DNA of 64,000 bases, from assembly GCA_965242865.1 (NCBI GenBank), contig CBDETK010000013.1:5056001-5120000 (forward strand). The letters are read 5' to 3'. Positions within the stretch are counted from its first letter, which is position 1. Each line of letters starts with the position of its first letter. A program made the translations under genes and the position numbers. Below the pieces are notes generated by a model. The model searched no databases. It was not told the DNA's origin and worked only from the letters and a program-made list of their open reading frames with translations. Shown piece after piece: positions 10,287 to 18,693 of this stretch. This DNA comes from Candidatus Latescibacterota bacterium (GTDB taxonomy: Bacteria; Latescibacterota; UBA2968; UBA8231).

Positions 10287-10369
10287 CGTTATGGGAAAAT
10301 CTCTTTGAGATAAGAAGCGTTCTTAAAACTCATGTTGATTTTGGCTCGTCTTACCTGACGCCTCTAGAG

Positions 10370-10423
10370 GTCATTCCCGCAAAAGAACGTCACCCCGTGC
10401 TCCGACACGGGGCGGGAATCCAG
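10370..10423. repeat. REP/dRS3-like palindrome with a nested second hairpin
   Basis: GTCATTCCCGCAAAA..GCGGGAATCCAG interrupted by GAACGTCACCCCGTGCTCCGACACGGG; uninterrupted copy at 42572. Confidence 0.7.
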
Positions 10424-10470
10424 CAAAGGACCAAGCCGAATCAGAAACTGAAACGATTTGGAGCGATGTC

Positions 10471-11286
10471 GTGGGAAACATTTCTAAAAAGAAGGCAATC
10501 CAAGTATTAGTTGAATCGGCAGTCAAAAACTACGCCGCCGGCTTTAGATGCCGCCACGAAAGCGAGGTTGACAATCCGAACGGAGTTATCAATATGAAGG
10601 TTCATAATGTATTCATTGAGGCACTTGGTACAGATATTCAGTATTATGCTTCACTCGTTCGTTCCTTAGATAGTTCACTTGGAAACATGATTGAAGATCT
10701 AGCGATAAGTATCGCCAAATTTTCTTTTGAAGTTAGGCAAAATGTAGAAGGACCGCTTAGTAATGACCAAATCGGAACAATCGCCAAACTCTTGGAATCG
10801 TACAAAAGCAGGGAAAAGACGCCTAGCGTCCAAGACTACCAAGTTCTCAGAAATTCAGGTGTTGTCGCACAGGATACTAGACAACACGCCTCAGACTATT
10901 ATCTGATTGATACCAAAACAAACAGTCATTATCTCATTGAATTAAAAATTGGCGGTGATTTGGACAACAAGAAAGATCGGTCAGAGAAAGAGGCAATTCT
11001 AGAGCAGTTCTCGATCCTTTCTAACATACTACCATCTGACAGTAAAATACGAGTGCTTTTTGCGACCGCCTATAACCGATTTGGCGAGGGGAAGCCTTGG
11101 CAACAACAGCGTGTGCGACAATTCTTCGCAGACGATGAATTGCTGATTGGACGAGATTTTTGGAACTTCATCTGTCAAGGTTGCTCAGGGTACGATTGGG
11201 TTATGGAAGCGTATCGCTCCAACGCATCTCACATTAGCAAGGCGTTGGACTCCATCAAGAACACCTATCTAGGAGGTCATACATGA
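10471..11286 (+). CDS. Type II restriction endonuclease, TdeIII/MjaII-like family
   Basis: RSLDSSLG, SDYY...IELKIGGDLDNKK PD-(D/E)xK core, FATAYN, LLIGRDFWNFIC; low GC; adjacent methyltransferase. Confidence 0.75.
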   Translation: MGNISKKKAIQVLVESAVKNYAAGFRCRHESEVDNPNGVINMKVHNVFIEALGTDIQYYASLVRSLDSSLGNMIEDLAISIAKFSFEVRQNVEGPLSNDQIGTIAKLLESYKSREKTPSVQDYQVLRNSGVVAQDTRQHASDYYLIDTKTNSHYLIELKIGGDLDNKKDRSEKEAILEQFSILSNILPSDSKIRVLFATAYNRFGEGKPWQQQRVRQFFADDELLIGRDFWNFICQGCSGYDWVMEAYRSNASHISKALDSIKNTYLGGHT

Positions 11287-12059
11287 AAAAGAATTGTTGG
11301 ACCCATTGGGCGGACAGTTGCGATTATATCAAATACATTCCCGATAACTCCGTAGATTTGATACTGACCGATCCGCCCTATAACTTGAGTCCTTATTCTA
11401 CGGGGAACATAAAGTTTTCTTGGCGCGAGGACTTAAACAACGACTTGGCTCAATGGGATAAAAAAGAGTTTGTGCCGAGCGATTGGGTTGAAGGATTTAA
11501 GCGAATACTAGCACCGACGGGAAATATTTTTGCCTTCACCAGTTACAATCTACTCGGTAAATGGCACGAAGCGTTTGATCCTGAGTTCAACACGTTTCAA
11601 TTCATGGTCTGGCACAAGACCAATCCGCCACCGAAGGTTCGCCGCGCTGGTTTCCTCAACAGTTGCGAACTGATTGTCTGTATGTGGAACAAAAATCACA
11701 CTTGGAATTTCACCAAGCAAAGCGAAATGCACAATTTCATTGAAACCCCTATCTGTATGGGTGCCGAGCGCTTGAAAAATCCCAAGCATCCGACGCAGAA
11801 GCCGGTGAAGGTTTTGGAGCACATCATACAACTGGCGTCAAATCCCGACGACCTCGTATTCGACCCATTTATGGGCGTGGGTTCAACCGGAGTTGCGGCG
11901 TTAAATCTGGGAAGGGAGTTTGTGGGGGTTGAAATTGACCAAGACTACTTTGCTGCGGCCGAAAACAGGTTGCAGCAACAGATCGGCCAACTTGGCTTTG
12001 ACTTTGAGATGGTCGCCGATGTGTCGGAATCGTATAAGGCCGCCGGCATTAGGGCGTAA
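11283..12059 (+). CDS. DNA amino-methyltransferase (N4/N6, beta class)
   Basis: DLILTDPPY precedes HPTQKP and DPFMGVGSTG (motif IV before motif I); ATGA overlap with the endonuclease gene. Confidence 0.92.
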   Translation: MKKNCWTHWADSCDYIKYIPDNSVDLILTDPPYNLSPYSTGNIKFSWREDLNNDLAQWDKKEFVPSDWVEGFKRILAPTGNIFAFTSYNLLGKWHEAFDPEFNTFQFMVWHKTNPPPKVRRAGFLNSCELIVCMWNKNHTWNFTKQSEMHNFIETPICMGAERLKNPKHPTQKPVKVLEHIIQLASNPDDLVFDPFMGVGSTGVAALNLGREFVGVEIDQDYFAAAENRLQQQIGQLGFDFEMVADVSESYKAAGIRA

Positions 12060-12081
12060 GTAGCAATAGAGGAGAAAGATC

Positions 12082-14100
12082 GTGTTAAAGCGAATGTTGT
12101 TGAACGGAGTGCTCGCCGCTTGTTGTGCCAGCGCGGCTTGGGGGCGGGCCGAGTTTCACATCGGCGGGCCGACCGGCGCTTCTTGGCAGGGGCTGATCGC
12201 GGCCGAGCAGACCGAGTACCACATCATCGACGGCCAAGGCGCGGTCTTGGGGACGCTGCCCATCGCCATCGGCGCAGAGGAAGCCGGGGCCGACACCATG
12301 ATCGCCTACGACGACAACGCCATCCGGCCGATCTGGGTCGATCCAGCGGTCAACCTCGCGTTGGACGCGAACTTGGCCGAGCGCGGCGGCAACCTCTACA
12401 CGAGCGTCTCGGTCGGCTATACCCGCGAAGCGGCCAAAGAGGTCCAAGTGATGATCGACGGCGACCCAGAAACCGCGACCTTGCGGCAGGTCGATATTTC
12501 GCCGCGGCTGGCCGGCCTCAACATCGGGTACGTAAAAAACACGGTCGTCAACCTCGGGGCCGAGATGCCGATCAACCGCATTCGCTTTTATCCGCGCCCA
12601 GGCTTTGAGGAAAACTACTTGGCGTGGTACGAAATCGGCGTGGCCGACAACTCCGCGCCCTTTATTGCCTCGCCCCAAGAGCGCGCCCCGGGCAAGCGCT
12701 GGTATCACGACATCAGCCGCTCGCTCTCTTCGGCCAACGACCCGGAATTTGACATCCTAGAGCGCAACGTCGAAAACCTCGACTCGGTCGTGGATTTGCA
12801 CTTTCTCACGCGCGACTTGCGCTGGGTCGCCATCCGCCCAATCAACCCGGAGCGCACTTGGGAAATCGCCGAAATGGAGGTGTACGGCGAAGGCTTCGTC
12901 TCCAAGACCTCCTATCGCACCGGCGTGTTGGACTTTGGCCGCCCGGTCGCGTGGAGCAAAATTCGCTGGCAGGGCGCGGTGCCCGAAGGCACGCGGCTCG
13001 CGTTGCGCTCGCGCACCGGCAGCACGCCCCAGCCCAATCTGTTTTGGAAAATCGGCAGCACCGGCAACTTTGAGCGGGTGTCCAAAGACGAGTACACCAC
13101 GACCTACCAAGTGGGCCGGTTCGACCAGATCCAAAAGACCTACGACGTGGAAAACTGGAGCTTCTGGTCGACGCCCTACGACTTTGCGGCCGGCCAACGC
13201 CAGCCAGCGGCCACGAGTTGGGAGGACGGAACCCCCCTGCTTTCGCCCGGCCCCAGCCGCTACTTGCAGCTAGAGGTGGTCATGTTTTCCGACGGGGACC
13301 GCGCGCCGCACATCGACGAGCTGGCCCTGCTGTTTGCCGAAAACCCGGCGGCCCAAAGCGTGATCGCCGAAATTTGGCCGGTTGAGACCGAGAACTTTGA
13401 GCCGCAGACCTTCACGTACGTAGTGCGGCCCGTGCTCGAAGAAGGCGACCGGGGCTTTGACCGGCTGGAGATTTTTACCCAAGTCCCGGCCGAAGCCGTG
13501 CATTCGGTCGCGATTGATGGTCGGGAAATCATGGACCGCTTCCCGCCCCAAATCGAGGAAGACCGGGTCGTCATTGGCTTTGAGCCGTTTGTCGCGCCGC
13601 GCGACAACGAGCGCCGCATTGAGGTGGTGTTCGACGCCAAGGTGCTGCGCTTTGGCGCGGAATTTACCGGCTGGGTGTACGACAGCACCGAGCCCGAACT
13701 CAAGCAGCAAGTCCGGCCCGGCAACTCGACGTTCCGCTTTGCCGGCGATGTCCTGTCGGTGCGCACGCCCGTCGGCGGCGAACTCGTGCGAAAAGTCTTT
13801 GCCCAGCCCGCGACGCTGACGCCCAATGGCGACGGGATCAACGATCAGACCACGATTTCGTACGATCTGCGCAACATCGGCGTGCCGCGCCAGATCGCGT
13901 TGCGGGTCTTTGACTTATCCGGCCGGCTGGTGCGCGAGGTCATCTCCACGCCCGCCGTTAGCGGCAGCTTTGCGGCGGTGTGGGACGGCCGGCGCACCGA
14001 GGGCGGCCTAGTGGCCCCGGGCGTGTACCTCTACCAAGTGGATCTAACCACCGACCAGGGCCTGTCGGCCGCGGCCGGCACCGTAGCGGTGGCCTACTGA
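12082..14100 (+). CDS. Secreted protein with C-terminal TPNGDGxND/FlgD-Ig domain
   Basis: RBS GAGGAG, signal peptide; MIDGDPET, SRTG, WSFWS, SPGPSRYLQ, AEIWP, GFD, TPNGDGIND, WDGRR..G..VAPGVY. Confidence 0.75.
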   Translation: MLKRMLLNGVLAACCASAAWGRAEFHIGGPTGASWQGLIAAEQTEYHIIDGQGAVLGTLPIAIGAEEAGADTMIAYDDNAIRPIWVDPAVNLALDANLAERGGNLYTSVSVGYTREAAKEVQVMIDGDPETATLRQVDISPRLAGLNIGYVKNTVVNLGAEMPINRIRFYPRPGFEENYLAWYEIGVADNSAPFIASPQERAPGKRWYHDISRSLSSANDPEFDILERNVENLDSVVDLHFLTRDLRWVAIRPINPERTWEIAEMEVYGEGFVSKTSYRTGVLDFGRPVAWSKIRWQGAVPEGTRLALRSRTGSTPQPNLFWKIGSTGNFERVSKDEYTTTYQVGRFDQIQKTYDVENWSFWSTPYDFAAGQRQPAATSWEDGTPLLSPGPSRYLQLEVVMFSDGDRAPHIDELALLFAENPAAQSVIAEIWPVETENFEPQTFTYVVRPVLEEGDRGFDRLEIFTQVPAEAVHSVAIDGREIMDRFPPQIEEDRVVIGFEPFVAPRDNERRIEVVFDAKVLRFGAEFTGWVYDSTEPELKQQVRPGNSTFRFAGDVLSVRTPVGGELVRKVFAQPATLTPNGDGINDQTTISYDLRNIGVPRQIALRVFDLSGRLVREVISTPAVSGSFAAVWDGRRTEGGLVAPGVYLYQVDLTTDQGLSAAAGTVAVAY

Positions 14101-14101
14101 G

Positions 14102-16714
14102 ATGGCAAGAACGGCACAACGCATCTTCAAGGGCACCCTGATTTTGTGGGCCGTGAGCGGCGGTGCGGCCGCCGCCCAAATCGGGTTGCCCGCGCTGGCA
14201 GCCCCGGGCGCGGAGGCCCTCGACCCAGCCGTGCGCCGCTGGTACGTGCCCCAAGAGCTAATCGCCGAGCATCACTGGCGGCAGTGGAGCGCGACCAACT
14301 ACGCCCGCGCTCCCTATCAGCGGTACGTCAGTGCCAACATCGAGGGGGATTACTTCTACGACGCCTTTGGCAATTTCCTCAATCAGGGCTGGCTGATATA
14401 CAACGTGTCGCAGGCCAATCCCGAGGAATTTGGCACGGTGTTGTTCGAGTCCCCGCGCTTCCGCAACTGGTTTTCCGAGGTCGCGGTGGCGTCCGAGCAA
14501 AAGGGGCAATACGCGTACGCGCTGACCATCAGCAGCGACCTCCGCACCACCCTGACGCCCATGGTGCTGTCCAAGCCGCGCCTCGACGGCGTGCAGCTCG
14601 ACTTTGCCATGGATAAGTACCGGGGCACGTTCCTGTACGCGCAGGCCAGCGCCCCGCGCGGCATCACCACGCAAGAGCTGCGCCGCACCAATTCCACCAC
14701 CCTGATCGGGGGGCGCTTTGAGGTGCAAATCGGCGATTTTGTCGAGCTCGGCGTCCACACCGCCAACGCCCACCAAGCCAATTCCCTGTCCGAAGAGGCC
14801 CTGTTGAGCAACTGGGTCACCGGCTCGCTGACCCAAGGCCAGAACCAGACCATCTCCCGCATTGAAATCGCCCTGCGCGACGATTCGCCCGACGACGGCG
14901 TGGGCGGCGCGGCGTACTTTCCGGCAGGCTCAGACATCTTCATCACCTATCGGGATGGCCGCGTGGATTCGGGCCGCGAAATCCGCTTTGAGCCGGTGGT
15001 GGAAGGGGGCGCGCCCAGCCCGGGCTTTATCGAGGCCAACGGCGACGACGAGATCCGCCTGCGCTACGACTTTGACAGCGCGCACTTCATCAACCGCGCC
15101 GCAGCCGACAAGACCGAGATCGTCAAGGTGGAATTCCGGCTGGTGGTGGCCAACGACTATCAGGTCTGGATGACCTCGGACCAGCAGACCAGCGCGGGCG
15201 AGCCCGTGCTCCTGCTGGTGACGCAAGCGCCGGGCAACATCCGCGACTTGTCCAATTTGCGCGTCGTCAGCTTTGAGGCTGGGCTGCCGACCGCGACCCA
15301 CATCCTCGGCGGTACGGTGACGGCCAGCGACGTGCTGGGCTTTGACCTGTACGGCGAGTACGACCTCAACTGGAACTACCGCAAATACCCCAACATCCTC
15401 GTCGAAAAACACCAGACCTCGGCCGGCATTGTCGGCGCGCGCAGCGCCCCGGCCTATATGCTCAATCTGTCGCGCCAGTGGTCTCGCTTTTTCCTCTACG
15501 GCGAAGCCTATCGCATTGACCCGCGCTACAACACCCAAACGTTTGTCACCCAAGACGACGGTAGCATCGACTACCAAAATGACCGCAGCCTCCTAGATCT
15601 GGTGGAGGACAACGACGATCAAGACCGGGTGCCAGACGCCTTTCGGGCGGACTGGGCCTTCCCCGACCGCCAAGTCTTTCCGGGCTGGGACCAAAACAAC
15701 GACTTCGTACCCGACATCAACCAAAACGACAGCCGAGTGCGGACCAACTCGATCCCGGATTACGAAGAGCCGTTCCTGCGCTTTGCGGTCGACCGGCCCG
15801 AATTCCTCTTTGGCGTGGACATGAACAACAACTTCTGGACCGACCAATACGAAAACGACCAAGAGCCAGACTATCCCTACCCGCGCGACCGCCGCGGCTA
15901 CAATGCGTACGTGGGCACCTCCTTGACGCCGCAACTCAAGGTCGTCGCGGGGCTCCTGCGCGAGAACCGCATCTCTTCCAACCAGCACAACCACAGCATC
16001 TATGCACTCGTGCGGTTCGACCGGAGTTGGCCCGGCTACGGCGACTTGCGCCTGTTTGGCATGACCAAGCGCGTGGAGGACGACATTGCCGACCCGCTCT
16101 TGCAGTGGGCGCCCGACAACACCCTGCGCCTCGGCACGTTGACCGCGATCGACGATCCGCTGCTCGCCCGCGACACTTGGATCAGCCAGCTCTTTCTCGG
16201 CCATCAGGTGCGCGCTTTTTCCCTAAACCTACAGAGCAAGGTCAACTACGCGGTTTTTCGCCAACTCATGGACGCCGAGCGTCGGCAGCAGTGGGGGCTC
16301 GCCGCGGCGGATTTCTTTTTCGGATTGATCAACAAGGCCCACTACCGCCACGCGCTCGGCCCCTTCTATGTGGAGCCGCGCTGGAAGAGCGAGTTCATCA
16401 AGCAGAGCCGCGACCTGTTCACGGACGAGCGCCGGACGACGCTGGCCGAGCTCGTCTCAGTGCTGGCCGGCATCGATGTTTTGGAGGTCACCAAGCTGCA
16501 AGTGGGCTTGGAGTACCTGTTCTTCAACGACTTTGAGGTTGAAGCCAACGATTTCACCGCGCTGACCGGCGGCATTCAGTTCAAGAACGAATCGGCCTAC
16601 CAAGGCTACAAGCTCCAGACCGTGCTGGGGCTGGTGCTAGAGCGCAAGAATTTCAAGGACGCTCCATCGCGCACCGAGACCCAATCGTTCATCGCGGTTT
16701 ACGCGGGGATTTAA
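14102..16714 (+). CDS. Putative outer-membrane protein (~870 aa), paralog of 3625..6282
   Basis: Shared blocks LDPAVRRWYVPQEL, FPGWDQNNDFVPDINQND, PDYEEPFLRF, EPR.KSEF; ends SFIAVYAGI. Confidence 0.6.
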   Translation: MARTAQRIFKGTLILWAVSGGAAAAQIGLPALAAPGAEALDPAVRRWYVPQELIAEHHWRQWSATNYARAPYQRYVSANIEGDYFYDAFGNFLNQGWLIYNVSQANPEEFGTVLFESPRFRNWFSEVAVASEQKGQYAYALTISSDLRTTLTPMVLSKPRLDGVQLDFAMDKYRGTFLYAQASAPRGITTQELRRTNSTTLIGGRFEVQIGDFVELGVHTANAHQANSLSEEALLSNWVTGSLTQGQNQTISRIEIALRDDSPDDGVGGAAYFPAGSDIFITYRDGRVDSGREIRFEPVVEGGAPSPGFIEANGDDEIRLRYDFDSAHFINRAAADKTEIVKVEFRLVVANDYQVWMTSDQQTSAGEPVLLLVTQAPGNIRDLSNLRVVSFEAGLPTATHILGGTVTASDVLGFDLYGEYDLNWNYRKYPNILVEKHQTSAGIVGARSAPAYMLNLSRQWSRFFLYGEAYRIDPRYNTQTFVTQDDGSIDYQNDRSLLDLVEDNDDQDRVPDAFRADWAFPDRQVFPGWDQNNDFVPDINQNDSRVRTNSIPDYEEPFLRFAVDRPEFLFGVDMNNNFWTDQYENDQEPDYPYPRDRRGYNAYVGTSLTPQLKVVAGLLRENRISSNQHNHSIYALVRFDRSWPGYGDLRLFGMTKRVEDDIADPLLQWAPDNTLRLGTLTAIDDPLLARDTWISQLFLGHQVRAFSLNLQSKVNYAVFRQLMDAERRQQWGLAAADFFFGLINKAHYRHALGPFYVEPRWKSEFIKQSRDLFTDERRTTLAELVSVLAGIDVLEVTKLQVGLEYLFFNDFEVEANDFTALTGGIQFKNESAYQGYKLQTVLGLVLERKNFKDAPSRTETQSFIAVYAGI

Positions 16715-16722
16715 GCCTTGAC

Positions 16723-16752
16723 TTGACGGGTACTTTTGAGGGCGCGTATATT
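16723..16752 (+). promoter_or_regulatory. Putative sigma70 promoter
   Basis: TTGACG - 18 bp - TATATT in the intergenic region upstream of 16848. Confidence 0.4.
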
Positions 16753-16847
16753 GAGCACTTATCGCATTGCAGAACCGAGAAGGGCAGGCGGCCAAGGAGC
16801 CGCCCCTTCTACTCATTTCACCCCTATTTCGTGGAGGTAGTTTCACC

Positions 16848-17741
16848 ATGAAGAAAATTCTCACCAGTGCCTTGGCCTCGTTGGGCCTTGTGGTTGCCGC
16901 CCAAGCCCACGAGCCTCCGGGCGAACTGTTGGTCGCCGTGAATTTTCCCGATGCCAACGTGCCGGTCATCGACGGCGATCCCAGCGAGTGGGCCCCGGTG
17001 CCCCTCGAGCAATACGGGATTCTCAGCGAGTCCTTGTTCTCAATTCACGGCTTTGCCGGCGAAAACGTCGACCGCGGCGGGCTAGACGCCAGCTCGATGC
17101 AAATCCGCCACATCGTCGGCTGGAACGACGCGACCAACAACGTGTACATCACCAGCCGCGTCTTCGACGACATTCACGTCACCCAGCGCCAAGACCCGGG
17201 CAAGTTCTTCTGGGATGACAGCGTCGAGTACGAGCTCAACGCGGCCCACCAAGCCCGCGACGACCTGAATCCCGGCGACGATGCGACCAGCTTCAGCTAC
17301 AAGTTCGCCTTCCCGGTATATCAGGAGACCTTTGAGTGGTATCGCCCGATTCTCAACCTGCCGTGGATGACCAGCGGCTCCCAGTATATCGAGATCGCCC
17401 ACAGCTTCTCGGGCGACGAGTTCGGCGAGAGCACGTACGACTACGAGCTCCGCATCCTGCCGATCGAGCGGATGCCGCGCTCGGACGAAGCCACCGAAGA
17501 CCAAGTGGAGATCCACGACCTGAGCGAGGGCGAGGTCATTCACATCACCCTGACGGTCAACGACGTCGATGGCGGCGACGGCGACGGCGACAACCGCATC
17601 GGCATGTGGAGCACCAATCCCATTTCGTGCTGCCACGCCGGCCAAGACTTGCTGCTCACGCCGGCCGATGCCAGCATTGACTGGGGTACGGGCACGTCGG
17701 TCGAGGCAAACAGCTGGGGTCGGATAAAGGCCCAGTTCTAG
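16848..17741 (+). CDS. Secreted acidic protein (CBM9/DOMON-like fold possible) with C-terminal SWGRIK motif
   Basis: RBS GGAGG, signal peptide ending AQA-H; PVIDGDPSEW; WDDSVE; ends GTSVEANSWGRIKAQF. Confidence 0.6.
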   Translation: MKKILTSALASLGLVVAAQAHEPPGELLVAVNFPDANVPVIDGDPSEWAPVPLEQYGILSESLFSIHGFAGENVDRGGLDASSMQIRHIVGWNDATNNVYITSRVFDDIHVTQRQDPGKFFWDDSVEYELNAAHQARDDLNPGDDATSFSYKFAFPVYQETFEWYRPILNLPWMTSGSQYIEIAHSFSGDEFGESTYDYELRILPIERMPRSDEATEDQVEIHDLSEGEVIHITLTVNDVDGGDGDGDNRIGMWSTNPISCCHAGQDLLLTPADASIDWGTGTSVEANSWGRIKAQF

Positions 17742-17769
17742 GCCGGTTTCTCAATCGCAGTACCATTCC

Positions 17770-17810
17770 GGGCAGGTCTCGCCTAGGTGCGGGGCCTGCC
17801 CTTCTACTTT
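17770..17810 (+). terminator. Putative intrinsic terminator or stabilising hairpin
   Basis: GGGCAGGTCTCGC-loop-GCGGGGCCTGCCC followed by TTCTACTTTT. Confidence 0.55.
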
Positions 17811-17821
17811 TAGGAGGCACT

Positions 17822-18688
17822 ATGCCCACCCAAGAACAGGTCGATTTTTACCGCCAACACGGCTATCTCGTCGTCGAGGATGTGTTGCGCCCGGATGAGT
17901 TGGAGGAGGCTCACGCCATCGTCGATGACTTCGTCGAGCAGGCGCGGCACGTCTCCGAGCAGAGCGGGCACTTCGACCTAGAGCCGGGTCACACCCCGGA
18001 AAACCCCAAGGTGCGCCGCTTGAGCGCGCCGGCGAGCTATCACCCCTTCTTCGGCGGATTGATGCGCGACCGCCGCATCCTAGACCTTTTGACGCCCCTG
18101 ATCGGCCCGGCCATTCGCGCCCAAGGCGACAAGCTCAACATGAAGCCGGCCGATGGCGGCAGCCCGGTTGAGTGGCACCAAGACTTTGCCCATTATCCGC
18201 ACACCAACGACGATTTGTGCGCCGTAGGCATGGCCCTAGACGACGCCACCCCAGAAAATGGCTGCATGATGGTCGTGCCCGGCTCGCACCGCGGACCGAT
18301 TCTCGACCACCACCAAGACGGGCTCTTCATCGGGGCCATCAGCCCGGAGCGCGACCGGCTCGACCTGTCGGAGGCCGTGCCGCTGGCCATGAAAGCCGGT
18401 TCGCTTTCCATCCACCACGCCCGCACCTTGCACGGCTCGGCACTCAACCGCTCGGGCCGGTCCCGGCGGCTCTTGCTCTACCAGTACGCGGCCGTCGATG
18501 CTTGGCCGCTCAGCGGGGTGAGCGATTGGGACGCCTTTAACGCCCACATCCTGTGCGGCGACCCCACCTTTGATTTTCGCCTCGCGTCCATGACGGCTCG
18601 CACGCGCCTGCCGGCCGGGCCGCGCCGCGGCGGCGGCATCTACGAGCTGCAACAGCCGCTGCGCGAAAAGCTATTCGCCGCCCGCTAG
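17822..18688 (+). CDS. Phytanoyl-CoA dioxygenase (PhyH) family Fe/2OG dioxygenase
   Basis: FYRQHGYLVV, WHQD, NGCMMVVPGSH, HHARTLHGS.LNRS..SRR. Confidence 0.92.
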   Translation: MPTQEQVDFYRQHGYLVVEDVLRPDELEEAHAIVDDFVEQARHVSEQSGHFDLEPGHTPENPKVRRLSAPASYHPFFGGLMRDRRILDLLTPLIGPAIRAQGDKLNMKPADGGSPVEWHQDFAHYPHTNDDLCAVGMALDDATPENGCMMVVPGSHRGPILDHHQDGLFIGAISPERDRLDLSEAVPLAMKAGSLSIHHARTLHGSALNRSGRSRRLLLYQYAAVDAWPLSGVSDWDAFNAHILCGDPTFDFRLASMTARTRLPAGPRRGGGIYELQQPLREKLFAAR

Positions 18689-18693
18689 GAGCT

